Below are positions 35,452 to 44,496 of a stretch of 64,000 nucleotides of DNA, piece after piece. The DNA comes from an uncultured Actinomycetes bacterium. GTDB lineage: Bacteria; Actinomycetota; UBA4738; HRBIN12. Made by a program: the position numbers and the translations under genes. The notes under the pieces were generated by a model that worked only from the letters and a program-made list of their open reading frames with translations, was not told where the DNA came from and made no database searches. Numbering within the stretch: the stretch's first letter is position 1; every line of letters starts with the position of its first letter. The DNA is taken from the NCBI GenBank assembly GCA_964567675.1, contig CAZMNP010000074.1:2923-66922 (forward strand). The letters run 5' to 3'.

Positions 35452-36222
35452 TTACAGCGGCCCCGAGATCCCGCCGTCCTTGCGGATCCTCCAGAAGTGC
35501 ACGGAGAGGAATATCACCAGGACGAACGGCAACGCGAGAACGTGGAGCGTGTACCAACGAAGCAACGTGTCCGGGCCGACCACCACCCCGCCGAGCAGAA
35601 GGAAGTTCGCCTGTTTCGCGATGAGGGGGGAGTACCCGGCGAGCGACGTGCCGACCGTGACGGCCCAGATCGCGAGCTGGTCCCACGGCAGCAGGTACCC
35701 GGTGAACGAGAGTCCGAGCGTGAGGAACAGCAGGACCACGCCGACCACCCAGTTGAACTCACGCGGCGGCTTGTACGAGCCGGTGTAGAAGACCCGCGCC
35801 ATGTGGAGCGTGACGCTGAAGACCATGAGGTGAGCGCCCCACCGGTGCAGGTTGCGGACGAGGTCGCCGAAGAACACCGAGGTCCGGATGTTCTGCATGT
35901 CGGTGTAGGCCGAGGCCGCGCCGAGCTCGGCGGCCGGGCGGTAGAAGAACATCAAGAAGATGCCCGTGACGGTGAGCAGGATGAACAGGAAGAACGACAG
36001 GCCGCCCAGGCAGAACGTATAGGTCAGCTTCAGTCCGTGCCGCTTCAGCTTCACGGGGTGCAGGTGGTACAGCACGTTGTTCATCGTCGCGAGCGCCCGG
36101 TCGCGCGAGGTGTCCTTGTAGCCTCTTCGGAAGATCGAGCCGGGCCGGAACATCGACTTCCAGACCTCGGAGTCGCGGACGCGATCCATCACCTCGCTCG
36201 GCGAGGGCGGTTTGAGCTTCAC
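35452..36222 (-). CDS. cytochrome b6-type (N-terminal half of cytochrome b)
   Basis: Four TM helices with the heme-ligand His residues are present ([16 protein letters not shown] ... [24 protein letters not shown]). A GTG start with a GGAAGGA RBS is used. An internal ATG at 36189 is an alternative start. Confidence 0.85.
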   Translation of the reverse strand: MKLKPPSPSEVMDRVRDSEVWKSMFRPGSIFRRGYKDTSRDRALATMNNVLYHLHPVKLKRHGLKLTYTFCLGGLSFFLFILLTVTGIFLMFFYRPAAELGAASAYTDMQNIRTSVFFGDLVRNLHRWGAHLMVFSVTLHMARVFYTGSYKPPREFNWVVGVVLLFLTLGLSFTGYLLPWDQLAIWAVTVGTSLAGYSPLIAKQANFLLLGGVVVGPDTLLRWYTLHVLALPFVLVIFLSVHFWRIRKDGGISGPL

Positions 36223-36241
36223 CCCGTCCTTCCCCCTCGTC

Positions 36242-36640
36242 CTAGCCTTCGTCGGCCCGCTGCGTCTCGGGAACCGAGGCCATCGTGCGGCGGCCGCCCG
36301 AGCCTTCGGGCAGCCGGGCGTAGTACAGCGTGTCGGTGGGGCATCGCTCCACGCAAACGGAGCAGCGGGTGCAGGCGTTGTCGTCGACCACGAAGACCGA
36401 GTAGGACTCGGAGATCTCGGCCTCGACGGCCTCCTCTGTCGCGTCCCGCACGATCGTGGGGGCCATCATGAAGATGCAGTTCCACGGGCAGACGTCCTCG
36501 CACGCCCGGCACAGGATGCAGTTATCGGGATCGAGCATCAGGTGCTTGGGCGAGCGGACGCCCTTCGCGAGCCACGACGGGTCGACGGGCTCCACGACGT
36601 AGTCCGTGTGGATGTCGACCTCGGTCTTCGTGAACGGCAC
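36242..36640 (-). CDS. 2x[4Fe-4S] ferredoxin-type protein
   Basis: Two CxxCxxCxxxCP motifs are present ([12 protein letters not shown] and [12 protein letters not shown]). A GTG start is preceded by a GGAAGG RBS. Confidence 0.75.
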   Translation of the reverse strand: MPFTKTEVDIHTDYVVEPVDPSWLAKGVRSPKHLMLDPDNCILCRACEDVCPWNCIFMMAPTIVRDATEEAVEAEISESYSVFVVDDNACTRCSVCVERCPTDTLYYARLPEGSGGRRTMASVPETQRADEG

Positions 36641-36663
36641 GGGCGGACCTTCCTATCCGTTCC

Positions 36664-37026
36664 TCATCGATAGCCGCCGGTCGGGCGCTCGGCCGAGGCC
36701 CCACGGAGCTTCCGCCGCCAGTTCTGAACGATCACGCCGGCGACGACCACCGTGAAGAAGGGTCCCGTCGAGAGCCCCGCGGCGACGGCGTCGCGCGCGA
36801 GCGGCCGCCAGTCCGACGTCCCTGACAGGCCGTCCCAACCCAGCTTCTGCTCGGCGAAGTACAACCAGAACGAGGGGATGACCGCCATCGAGATGACGCT
36901 GAAGAAGGCAAGTCCCAGGGAGAACGCAACTGCGGTGGTCCAGGACCACTCGAAATCCCTGAGGAAACGCTCGGCTCGCTCCTTCTGCTTGGCGTACTGC
37001 CGAAGGAGCCTCTCCGGGACCTTCAT
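36664..37026 (-). CDS. small membrane protein (120 aa)
   Basis: I chose the ATG at 37026 (MKVPERLLRQYAKQKERAERFLRDFEWSW..). Two TM helices are predicted. It is the first gene of the minus-strand operon. Confidence 0.45.
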   Translation of the reverse strand: MKVPERLLRQYAKQKERAERFLRDFEWSWTTAVAFSLGLAFFSVISMAVIPSFWLYFAEQKLGWDGLSGTSDWRPLARDAVAAGLSTGPFFTVVVAGVIVQNWRRKLRGASAERPTGGYR

Positions 37027-37243
37027 CCGACAGCCATCCCCACGCGGATCGCGCTTCCCCCGATCGTCGGTCGCCCTCGCGGCCGGCTGATTATAGACAT
37101 CGGCCCTTCCGCCACCCGGCGATGCGCCGGCCCCGCGGTGTCGCTGCCACCGCTCGTGAAAAGCTTCACAAGCACGCCTCACTATGGCAAGGATCGGCCG
37201 AGAGGTGCAACCGCATCCCCCCGGGATCGCACCTCACCCGGCG

Positions 37244-38005
37244 ATGCGCATCCCTTCCTACACTGGCCGCGTGATCGCCGACTTCGTGCAGGAGGGCCTC
37301 GGAGCCTGGTGGGCGCCCGCGCTCGCTTTCGCCGCCGGCCTGGTCTCGTTCGCCTCCCCTTGTGTGTTCCCGCTCGTGCCGGGCTATCTGTCCTTCGTCA
37401 CGGGCGAGGCGCGCGACGAACGGCGGCCGGTCGTGCCGATCCTGCTGTTCATCGCGGGTTTCGCCGCCGTGTTCACGGCCCTCGGGGCGTTCACGGGATC
37501 GGTGACCCGGATCCTGCGCTCGCCTGCGGGCATCCGGATCTCGGGCGGGATCATCATCGCGTTCGGAGTCCTGATGGTGCTGTATGCCCTGCGCGTCGGG
37601 TCGCCGGCGCTGTTCGCGGAACGCCGCCCGCTGCTCCAGCGGGTCCGGCCCGGACCGGCGTGGGCCTTCCCGCTCGGCGTCGCGTTCGGCGCCGGGTGGA
37701 CGCCGTGCATCGGACCGGTGCTCGCGGGTGTGCTCGGCATCGCGGCTGCCCAGGGGGGGTCGTTCCGCGGTGCGGTGCTCCTGTTCGTGTACTCGGCCGG
37801 GTTGGGGCTCCCGTTCCTGTTGGTCGGCGTGGGCGTGCGGCGACTCATGGGGGCGCTCGCGTTCGTCCGGCGCAACTACCACTGGATCGCGGGCGGCTCG
37901 GGCGTGGTCATGATCGCGATCGGAGTGCTCGTCGCGACGAACCAGTGGACGCTGCTGCTCGGGCCAGTCCTTCGCGCGATCCGGCAATTCGAGCCTCCGC
38001 TCTGA
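37244..38005 (+). CDS. ccdA: cytochrome c biogenesis protein CcdA (DsbD family)
   Basis: The CxxC motif lies in TM1 (SFASPCVFPLVPGY). Six TM helices are predicted. I chose the ATG at 37244. Confidence 0.8.
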   Translation: MRIPSYTGRVIADFVQEGLGAWWAPALAFAAGLVSFASPCVFPLVPGYLSFVTGEARDERRPVVPILLFIAGFAAVFTALGAFTGSVTRILRSPAGIRISGGIIIAFGVLMVLYALRVGSPALFAERRPLLQRVRPGPAWAFPLGVAFGAGWTPCIGPVLAGVLGIAAAQGGSFRGAVLLFVYSAGLGLPFLLVGVGVRRLMGALAFVRRNYHWIAGGSGVVMIAIGVLVATNQWTLLLGPVLRAIRQFEPPL

Positions 38006-38048
38006 GCGTGTCGGTCCGCTCCAGCGCCGAGCGTGGGTACTTTCAAGG

Positions 38049-39218
38049 ATGCTAGAGTGCGCCGGGTTCGGTGCCCGCCGAACGTCCGCGCGAGGGGAAA
38101 CGGGGAAGGTGCGCAGGAAGACGCAGTCGGCCCTCGGCCTAATTACCCTGGTCGCCGTCGCTGCCGCATGCGCTCCGAACGCCACGCAGTCTGCGCTCGA
38201 ACCCGCTGGACCGTACGCCGAGAAGGGCTACGACCTGTTCGTCCCGGTCTTCTGGGTTGCCGCGGCTGTCTTCTTCATCGTCGAGGGCGCCCTCGTGCTT
38301 TTCGTGATCCGCTACCGGCATCGCAAGGGCCGCGAGGGCATCCCGCCGCAGGTCCACGGCAACACGCGTCTTGAGATCGCGTGGACGATCCTTCCGGCCG
38401 TGATCCTCGCGGGCGTCTCGGTGCCGACCGTCGCGGGGATCTTCGAGCTCGCCCGGGACCCCGGGCCCCAGGCACTCGCCGTGCGGGTCCTCGGGCACCA
38501 GTGGTGGTGGGAGTTCGACTATCCCGAACAGCGGATCATCACGGCGAACGAGCTGCACATCCCCACCGGCCGGCCCGTCTATCTCACGTTGTGCGCGGTC
38601 GGCGTCGGGTACGGCGGCGTGCCGACCCCCAGCGAGTGCCAGCCCGGGCCTCCGGAGGGCGCCCCGCCGGCAACGCTCGGCGACGCGGTGATCCACTCCT
38701 TCTGGCCGCCCGAGCTTGCCGGAACCCAGGACGTGATCCCGGGGCGGGCGAACACCATGGTGCTCCAGGCCGACGAGCCGGGTACCTACGAGGGCCAGTG
38801 CAAGGAGTTCTGCGGCCTCTCGCATGCGTACATGCGATTCACGGTCGTCGCCCACACGCCGCAGGACTTCGAACGATGGGTGGCCGATCAACAGGCGCCC
38901 GCGCCGCAGTTCGAACCGGGCAGCGCCGCCGCGGCAGGGGCGGAGACGTTCATCCAAACGTGCGTTGCCTGTCACTCGGTCGACGGCCTGCAGGATGCGG
39001 AGGGAGTGCTCATCCCGGGGTCGAACAACGCCCCGAACCTCACGCACTTCGCGAGCAGCGAGTGCTTCGCCGGCTGCATCTTCGAGAACGACGACGAGAA
39101 TCTGCGACGATGGCTCAACGATCCTCCGGCGATGAAACCCGGATCGTTGATGCCGAACTACGGCTTGACGCCCGAGCAGATCGAACAGCTGATCGCGTAC
39201 CTGAGCACGCTGGAGTGA
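38049..39218 (+). CDS. ctaC: cytochrome c oxidase subunit II fused to a C-terminal cytochrome c domain (caa3-type)
   Basis: The CuA site is present (HSFWPPELAG...CKEFCGLSHAYM), with a C-terminal CVACH heme c motif. A lipoprotein-like signal is present (LVAVAAACAP). The start is uncertain between the ATG at 38049 and the GTG at 38111. Confidence 0.85.
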   Translation: MLECAGFGARRTSARGETGKVRRKTQSALGLITLVAVAAACAPNATQSALEPAGPYAEKGYDLFVPVFWVAAAVFFIVEGALVLFVIRYRHRKGREGIPPQVHGNTRLEIAWTILPAVILAGVSVPTVAGIFELARDPGPQALAVRVLGHQWWWEFDYPEQRIITANELHIPTGRPVYLTLCAVGVGYGGVPTPSECQPGPPEGAPPATLGDAVIHSFWPPELAGTQDVIPGRANTMVLQADEPGTYEGQCKEFCGLSHAYMRFTVVAHTPQDFERWVADQQAPAPQFEPGSAAAAGAETFIQTCVACHSVDGLQDAEGVLIPGSNNAPNLTHFASSECFAGCIFENDDENLRRWLNDPPAMKPGSLMPNYGLTPEQIEQLIAYLSTLE

Positions 39219-39233
39219 GGTGAAGAAGGAGCG

Positions 39234-41114
39234 ATGGCGAGCGTGAGCGTCCCGGCCGAGCGGCCTCGCGGCCTATTGAGCCGGCCCACCGCGACGACGG
39301 GATTCTGGAGCTGGTTCACGACGGTGGACCACAAGAAGATCGGGATCCTGTACGGCATCACGGCTTTCATGTTCTTCATCGTCGGTGGGATCGAGGCCCT
39401 GCTGATCCGGCTCCAGCTCGCAGGGCCCGACCAGGACATCCTGTCGGCGAGCGTCTACAACGAGATCTTCACGATGCACGGCATCACGATGGTGTTCCTG
39501 GTGGTCATGCCGCTGTCGGCCGCGTTCTTCAACTACCTGATCCCTCTGATGATCGGAGCCCGCGACGTCGCGTTCCCGCGGCTGAACGCGTACAGCTACT
39601 GGGCGTTCCTGTTCGGCGGGCTGTTCATCTACTCGAGCTGGTTCCTCGGCGGCGCTCCGAACGGCGGGTGGTTCGGTTACCCGCCGAACTCGAGTCTCGA
39701 CCCGACGCTCGGGATGACCTTCTACTCGCTCGGGTTGCTGATCACCGGCATCGCGTCCACGGTCTCCGCGGTCAACCTCGCCGTCACGATCATCAACATG
39801 CGCGCGCCGGGGATGACGCTGTTCCGGATGCCCGTCTTCATCTGGATGGGCTTGGTCGTCCAGCTGCTCCTGGCCTTCTCGCTGCCGATCATCACGATCG
39901 GGCTGACCGAGTTGTTCTTCGATCGCCGATTCGGGACCCACTTCTTCGATCCGGCAGCGGGCGGCGACCCGGTGCTGTGGCAGCACCTGTTCTGGCTGTT
40001 CGGGCACCCCGAGGTGTACATCCTGGTCCTGCCGGCGATGGGGATCGTGTCGGAGATCCTGCCGGTCTTCGCTCGCAAGCCGCTGTTCGGCTACCAGTTC
40101 GTGGTCTTCAGCGGCATGGCGATCGGGTTCATCGGCTTCGGCGTCTGGGCGCACCACATGTTCGCCGTGGGGCTCGGGCCGGTCGCCAACACCGCGTTCG
40201 GCATCTCCACGATGATCATCGCGGTCCCGACGGGCGTGAAGATCTTCAACTGGCTCGGGACGCTCTGGAGGGGCGACATCCGGTTCACGACGCCGATGCT
40301 GTTCTCGATTGGATTCATCGCGATGTTCGTGATCGGCGGGCTCTCGGGAGTCACGCACGCGGTCGTGCCGTCGGACTACCAGCAGACGGACACGTATTAC
40401 ATCGTCGCGCACTTCCATTACGTGCTGTTCGGCGGCGCGATCTTCGGGCTTTTCGGCGGCATCTACTACTGGTGGCCGAAGGTCTTCGGCCGGATGCTGG
40501 GTGAGGGGCTCGGCAAGCTGAACTTCTGGCTCATGCTGATCGGGTTCAACCTGGCCTTTGGGCCGATGCACATCCTCGGTCTCCAGGGGATGCCGAGACG
40601 GATCCAGAGCTATCCCGAGTCGCTCGGCCTCACCTTCTGGAACCTCGTGTCGTCGGTCGGCGCGTTCCTGATCGCGGTCGGCGTGCTGATCTTCCTCGTG
40701 AACGCCGTGGCGAGCTTCCGCAAGCCGAAGGAGATGGAGGCCGATCCGTGGGACGCGCGGACCCTCGAGTGGCTCACGACGTCGCCGCCTCCCGAGTACA
40801 ACTTCGACGAGGTGCCCGTCGTCCACTCCCTCGACGAGCTGTGGCATCGGAAGTACTCGCAGACGCAGGGCGGCCGCGTCGTGCCCGTTCCGGCGGGCGG
40901 CTCCGGCGAGGCGCACGGCGACCCGCACGGCGGTGGACACGGGAGTGGACACGGGATCCACCTACCGGGCCCGTCCTACTTCCCGCTGATCGCGGCGCTC
41001 GGTCTGCCGATCGCGGCCTACGGGCTCATCTTCAACTGGTGGCTCGTCGGCGCCGGGATCGTCCTGGTGCTTGCCGGGTTCTACGGCTGGATCCTGGAAC
41101 CCTCGGCGGAGTGA
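39234..41114 (+). CDS. ctaD: cytochrome c oxidase subunit I with C-terminal extra TM helix
   Basis: The protein has the canonical CoxI helices and His ligands (WFFGHPEVY, HHMF). An AAGGAG RBS precedes the ATG. A C-terminal Gly/His-rich loop is followed by an additional TM helix. Confidence 0.9.
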   Translation: MASVSVPAERPRGLLSRPTATTGFWSWFTTVDHKKIGILYGITAFMFFIVGGIEALLIRLQLAGPDQDILSASVYNEIFTMHGITMVFLVVMPLSAAFFNYLIPLMIGARDVAFPRLNAYSYWAFLFGGLFIYSSWFLGGAPNGGWFGYPPNSSLDPTLGMTFYSLGLLITGIASTVSAVNLAVTIINMRAPGMTLFRMPVFIWMGLVVQLLLAFSLPIITIGLTELFFDRRFGTHFFDPAAGGDPVLWQHLFWLFGHPEVYILVLPAMGIVSEILPVFARKPLFGYQFVVFSGMAIGFIGFGVWAHHMFAVGLGPVANTAFGISTMIIAVPTGVKIFNWLGTLWRGDIRFTTPMLFSIGFIAMFVIGGLSGVTHAVVPSDYQQTDTYYIVAHFHYVLFGGAIFGLFGGIYYWWPKVFGRMLGEGLGKLNFWLMLIGFNLAFGPMHILGLQGMPRRIQSYPESLGLTFWNLVSSVGAFLIAVGVLIFLVNAVASFRKPKEMEADPWDARTLEWLTTSPPPEYNFDEVPVVHSLDELWHRKYSQTQGGRVVPVPAGGSGEAHGDPHGGGHGSGHGIHLPGPSYFPLIAALGLPIAAYGLIFNWWLVGAGIVLVLAGFYGWILEPSAE

Positions 41115-41121
41115 TGTCCTG

Positions 41122-41745
41122 ATGGCGAGCGACGCGATGGAGGTCCATGCCTACGAGAGCGAGCACCTGGCGACGAGCACGGGCTTGCCGAACCTCAAGC
41201 TCGCGATGTGGCTCTTCCTCGCCTCGGACTGCCTGCTGTTCGGGGCGCTGATCTCGACGTACGTGCTCTACCGGGGTGCGAGCGTGGTCGGGCCCTATCC
41301 GAACGACGTCTTCGACATCCCGTACACGTCGGTCTCCTCCTTCGTGCTCCTCGCGAGCTCGCTCACGATGGTGCTCGCCCTCGCGGCGCTGCAGCGCGGC
41401 GACCTCGGCCGGTCGCGGGTATGGCTGCTCGCGACGGCGTTGCTGGGTATGACGTTCGTCGGCGGCCAGGTCTACGAGTTCACGACGTTCGCCGAGGAGG
41501 GACTCGTGCTCACGACGAACGTCTTCAGCACGAGCTTCTACGTGCTGACCGGGTTCCACGGGACGCACGTCGCGATCGGGATCTTGATGCTGTTGACGCT
41601 CCTCACGTTCTCGTTCGCCGGCCGGCTCGGGCCTGAGAAGGCGGAGACCGTCGAGCTCGTGGGCCTGTACTGGCACTTCGTCGACATCGTGTGGATCGTG
41701 ATCTTCACCGTCGTCTATCTGATCCCCACGGGGAACCCGGCATGA
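41122..41745 (+). CDS. ctaE: cytochrome c oxidase subunit III
   Basis: The protein matches the CoxIII family (LTGFHGTHVAIG, WHFVDIVW). I chose the ATG at 41122. Confidence 0.85.
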   Translation: MASDAMEVHAYESEHLATSTGLPNLKLAMWLFLASDCLLFGALISTYVLYRGASVVGPYPNDVFDIPYTSVSSFVLLASSLTMVLALAALQRGDLGRSRVWLLATALLGMTFVGGQVYEFTTFAEEGLVLTTNVFSTSFYVLTGFHGTHVAIGILMLLTLLTFSFAGRLGPEKAETVELVGLYWHFVDIVWIVIFTVVYLIPTGNPA

Positions 41746-42101
41746 GCGAGGCGGAGCGCTCGACCGAGCTCGCCCCGCAGGCCGAGGCCACGACGGGATC
41801 GCACCAGGGGTCCGGTCACGTCGCGCGCCACCCGAGCCCGAAGGAGTACGTCCGGATCGCGATCATCCTCGCGATCATCACCGCGGCCGAGGTCGCCATC
41901 TACTACATCGAGGCGATCGAGGGCCTGCTGATCCCACTCCTGTTCCTGTTCGCGCTGATCAAGTTCACGCTCGTCGTGCTCTGGTTCATGCACCTCAAGT
42001 TCGACAGCCGGACCTACGCGCGGTTCTTCATGATGGGCCTCGCGGGTGCGATCACCCTGTTCCTCATCGTGCTGCTCACGTTCCGGGTCTTCGTGGGGTA
42101 G
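41742..42101 (+). CDS. ctaF: cytochrome c oxidase subunit IV (prokaryotic caa3 type)
   Basis: The PF03626-like pattern is present (HPSPKEYVRIAIILAIITAAEVAIYY). The ATG overlaps the ctaE stop (ATGA). Confidence 0.7.
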   Translation: MSEAERSTELAPQAEATTGSHQGSGHVARHPSPKEYVRIAIILAIITAAEVAIYYIEAIEGLLIPLLFLFALIKFTLVVLWFMHLKFDSRTYARFFMMGLAGAITLFLIVLLTFRVFVG

Positions 42102-42104
42102 CCG

Positions 42105-42935
42105 ATGCCCACCTGGCACGCTCATCCCGACGTCTGGCTCCTCCTCGGAGGGGTGTGGGTGGCGTATCTCCTCGCCGTTCGCCGGCACCGATCGACGGCG
42201 CCGGAGGCCGGCCGAAGCGAGCGCCGGAAGCGCACGACGCTGTTCACCTTCGGGATGGGGCTGCTGTGGTTCGCCTCGGAATGGCCGATGCACGACCTGG
42301 CCGAGGGATACCTGTACTCGGCGCACATGGTCCAGCACATGGTCTACACGCTGGTCGCCGCGCCGCTGCTCGTGGCGGGGATCCCGGCCTGGATGTGGCG
42401 CGCGATCCTGCGGCCGCGGCCCCTCGGGCGCCTCTTCGGGTTCGCGACCCGGCCCGTCGTTGCACTGATCATCTTCAACGGAGTGCTCCTGTTCACGCAC
42501 TGGCCCGAGGTGGTCGAGGCATCCGTGGGGTCGGAGCTGCTCCATCTCTCGCTGCACGTGCTGATCGTTTGCTCGGCCGTCGTGATGTGGTGGCCGGTCA
42601 TGTCACCGCTCCCGGAGCGTCCGGCCCTCCCGCCGCCGGGGCAGCTGATGTACCTGTTCCTCCAGTCGCTCGCGCCGACGATCCCGGCGTCGTTCCTCAC
42701 GTTCGGGACGACGCTGCTGTACCCGGTGTACGGAACGTTCCCCCGGATCTGGGGGATCCCGGCGATCACCGACCAGCTGGTCGCCGGCCTGATCATGAAG
42801 ATCGGCGGCGGGTTGATCCTGTGGGGCTTCATCGTGGTCATCTTCTTCAACTGGCATGCGAAGGAGCGGGACGGGTGGGACGCCCTCGCGCTCCGCGGGG
42901 TCGAGCGGGACGTCCGGGCGGGGCTCGCGAAGTGA
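42105..42935 (+). CDS. ctaG: cytochrome c oxidase assembly factor CtaG (Caa3_CtaG family)
   Basis: A multi-TM protein with the conserved HMVQHMV motif. Confidence 0.7.
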   Translation: MPTWHAHPDVWLLLGGVWVAYLLAVRRHRSTAPEAGRSERRKRTTLFTFGMGLLWFASEWPMHDLAEGYLYSAHMVQHMVYTLVAAPLLVAGIPAWMWRAILRPRPLGRLFGFATRPVVALIIFNGVLLFTHWPEVVEASVGSELLHLSLHVLIVCSAVVMWWPVMSPLPERPALPPPGQLMYLFLQSLAPTIPASFLTFGTTLLYPVYGTFPRIWGIPAITDQLVAGLIMKIGGGLILWGFIVVIFFNWHAKERDGWDALALRGVERDVRAGLAK

Positions 42936-42964
42936 GGCCGAGATGAGGCCAAGGTGAGGTCAAG

Positions 42965-43957
42965 GTGAAGAAGGACGTCCGCGACCGGCTGCTCCTTCCG
43001 CTCCTGCTGCCGGTCGGCATCCTCCTGTTCATCGCGCTGATGCTCTGGGGGTTCTCGAGGATCCTGCTCGGTCTCACCGCGACGACCGCGACGGTCACAG
43101 CCGTCGTCGCGGCGCTCGGCGTCATGGTGATCGCCGCCATCGCGGCCGGCCGGACGACGGTCCGCGCCTCCACGATCGCCGCGATGTTCGCCGCCACGGC
43201 GGGCATCGCGATGCTGGCCGGCGGGATCGCCCTCGCCTTCGTCGCCGGCGGGGATGAGGGCGAAGAGCCGGGTCCGCCCGACGAGGGTGTCCCCGTCGTC
43301 GAGCTCGTCGCCCAGGACATCGCCTTCAACCCGACCGACCTGACGGTGCCGGCCGACGTGCCGTTCGAGATCGCGTTCGACAACCGCGACGCCGGGGTGC
43401 AGCACAACGTCTCGATCTACGACAACCCGGAGTTCAGCGGTACGCCGCTGCTCGAAGGCGAGCTCGTGACCGGTCCGACGCAGACGACCTATCGCGTCGA
43501 CCCCTTGTCGCCGGGTCCGTATTCGTTCCTGTGCGTCGTGCACCCCACGATGACCGGACAGATCGAAGCCGTCGAGGGCGAGGGTCCCGGAGGCGGTGAC
43601 GAGGAACCGGGAGGCGAGGAACCGGGAGGCGAGGAACCGGGCGGCGAGGAACCGGGCGGCGGTGAGGAGCCGGGAGACGGCCTCACGGTGGTGGCGCAGA
43701 ACCTCGCGTTCGACACGCAGACCCTCGACCTGCCGCCCGAGGCGGTCGCGACGATCACGTTCGACAACCGGGACGCGGGAACGCCGCACAACATCTCGAT
43801 CTACTCCGACGAAAGCCTCGGTGAGCTCCTCTTCCAAGGCGAGCTCGTCACGGGTCCCGCCACGATCCCGTATGAGGTCGGGCCGTTCCCGGCGGGCGAG
43901 TACTACTTCCATTGCGACGTGCACCCCAACATGAACGGGACGGTGAGGGTCGGCTGA
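42965..43957 (+). CDS. membrane-anchored tandem-cupredoxin protein (two type-1 copper sites)
   Basis: Two N-terminal TM helices are followed by two cupredoxin domains, each with H...C..H...M ligands (HNVSIY...FLCVVHPTMTG and HNISIY...YFHCDVHPNMNG). A (GEEPG)n linker joins them. A GTG start is preceded by an AAGGTGAGG RBS. Confidence 0.7.
   Translation: MKKDVRDRLLLPLLLPVGILLFIALMLWGFSRILLGLTATTATVTAVVAALGVMVIAAIAAGRTTVRASTIAAMFAATAGIAMLAGGIALAFVAGGDEGEEPGPPDEGVPVVELVAQDIAFNPTDLTVPADVPFEIAFDNRDAGVQHNVSIYDNPEFSGTPLLEGELVTGPTQTTYRVDPLSPGPYSFLCVVHPTMTGQIEAVEGEGPGGGDEEPGGEEPGGEEPGGEEPGGGEEPGDGLTVVAQNLAFDTQTLDLPPEAVATITFDNRDAGTPHNISIYSDESLGELLFQGELVTGPATIPYEVGPFPAGEYYFHCDVHPNMNGTVRVG
43601..43660 (+). 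repeat. 15-bp tandem coding repeat x4 (gaggaaccgggaggc), encoding a (EEPGG)n linker
   Basis: The direct tandem repeat can be read in the DNA inside the cupredoxin gene. Confidence 0.8.
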
Positions 43958-43994
43958 CGGCCCCGCTCACCGCCGGCAGCGAGTGGATGTCGTG

Positions 43995-44492
43995 ATGAAA
44001 CGCGTGGCCGTGCTCCTGCTGTTGACGGCGTGTGCTTCTCCCGCGGTGGTTCCCGGCGCGGCGGTGCAGGAGGTCTCCGGCAGGATGCCCGCGCTCGAGG
44101 GTGCCGCCCTCGCCGGTGGGACGCTGACGTCCTCGGACTACGCGGGGCGCGTCGTGGTCGTGAACTTCTGGGCCACGTCGTGCGCTCCCTGCAGAGACGA
44201 GCAGCCGATCCTGTCCGCCGCGCAGTCGCGAGCCGGCGACGACGGCCCGTTCTTCATCGGCGTCAACCATCGGGAGGGCGAGGACGCGGCTCGGGCGTAC
44301 CTGGATGAGTTCGATGTGCGGTACCCCAGCCTCGGGGATCAGGCGGGCGACATCGCATACCGGTTCGGTGTGCCGTTCCTGCCGACCACGGTCGTGATCG
44401 ACGCCGACGGCCGGCTCCGCTACCGGATCGCCGGGGCGATCGACGAAGAGACGCTCGCCGACCTGCTCTCGAGGGTGACCGCCGGCGAGTGA
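43995..44492 (+). CDS. TlpA/ResA-like thiol-disulfide oxidoreductase lipoprotein
   Basis: A lipobox is present (LLLTACAS), with a thioredoxin CxxC (WATSCAPC). I chose the ATG at 43995. Confidence 0.75.
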   Translation: MKRVAVLLLLTACASPAVVPGAAVQEVSGRMPALEGAALAGGTLTSSDYAGRVVVVNFWATSCAPCRDEQPILSAAQSRAGDDGPFFIGVNHREGEDAARAYLDEFDVRYPSLGDQAGDIAYRFGVPFLPTTVVIDADGRLRYRIAGAIDEETLADLLSRVTAGE

Positions 44493-44496
44493 GCGC

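Noticed and set aside
38033-38374. 113-aa ORF overlapping the ctaC start
   Set aside because: It is a different frame from the well-supported COX II gene, and its composition is junk.
39273-40961. 562-aa minus-strand ORF inside ctaD
   Set aside because: It is antisense to an unmistakable cytochrome oxidase subunit I, and its composition is junk.
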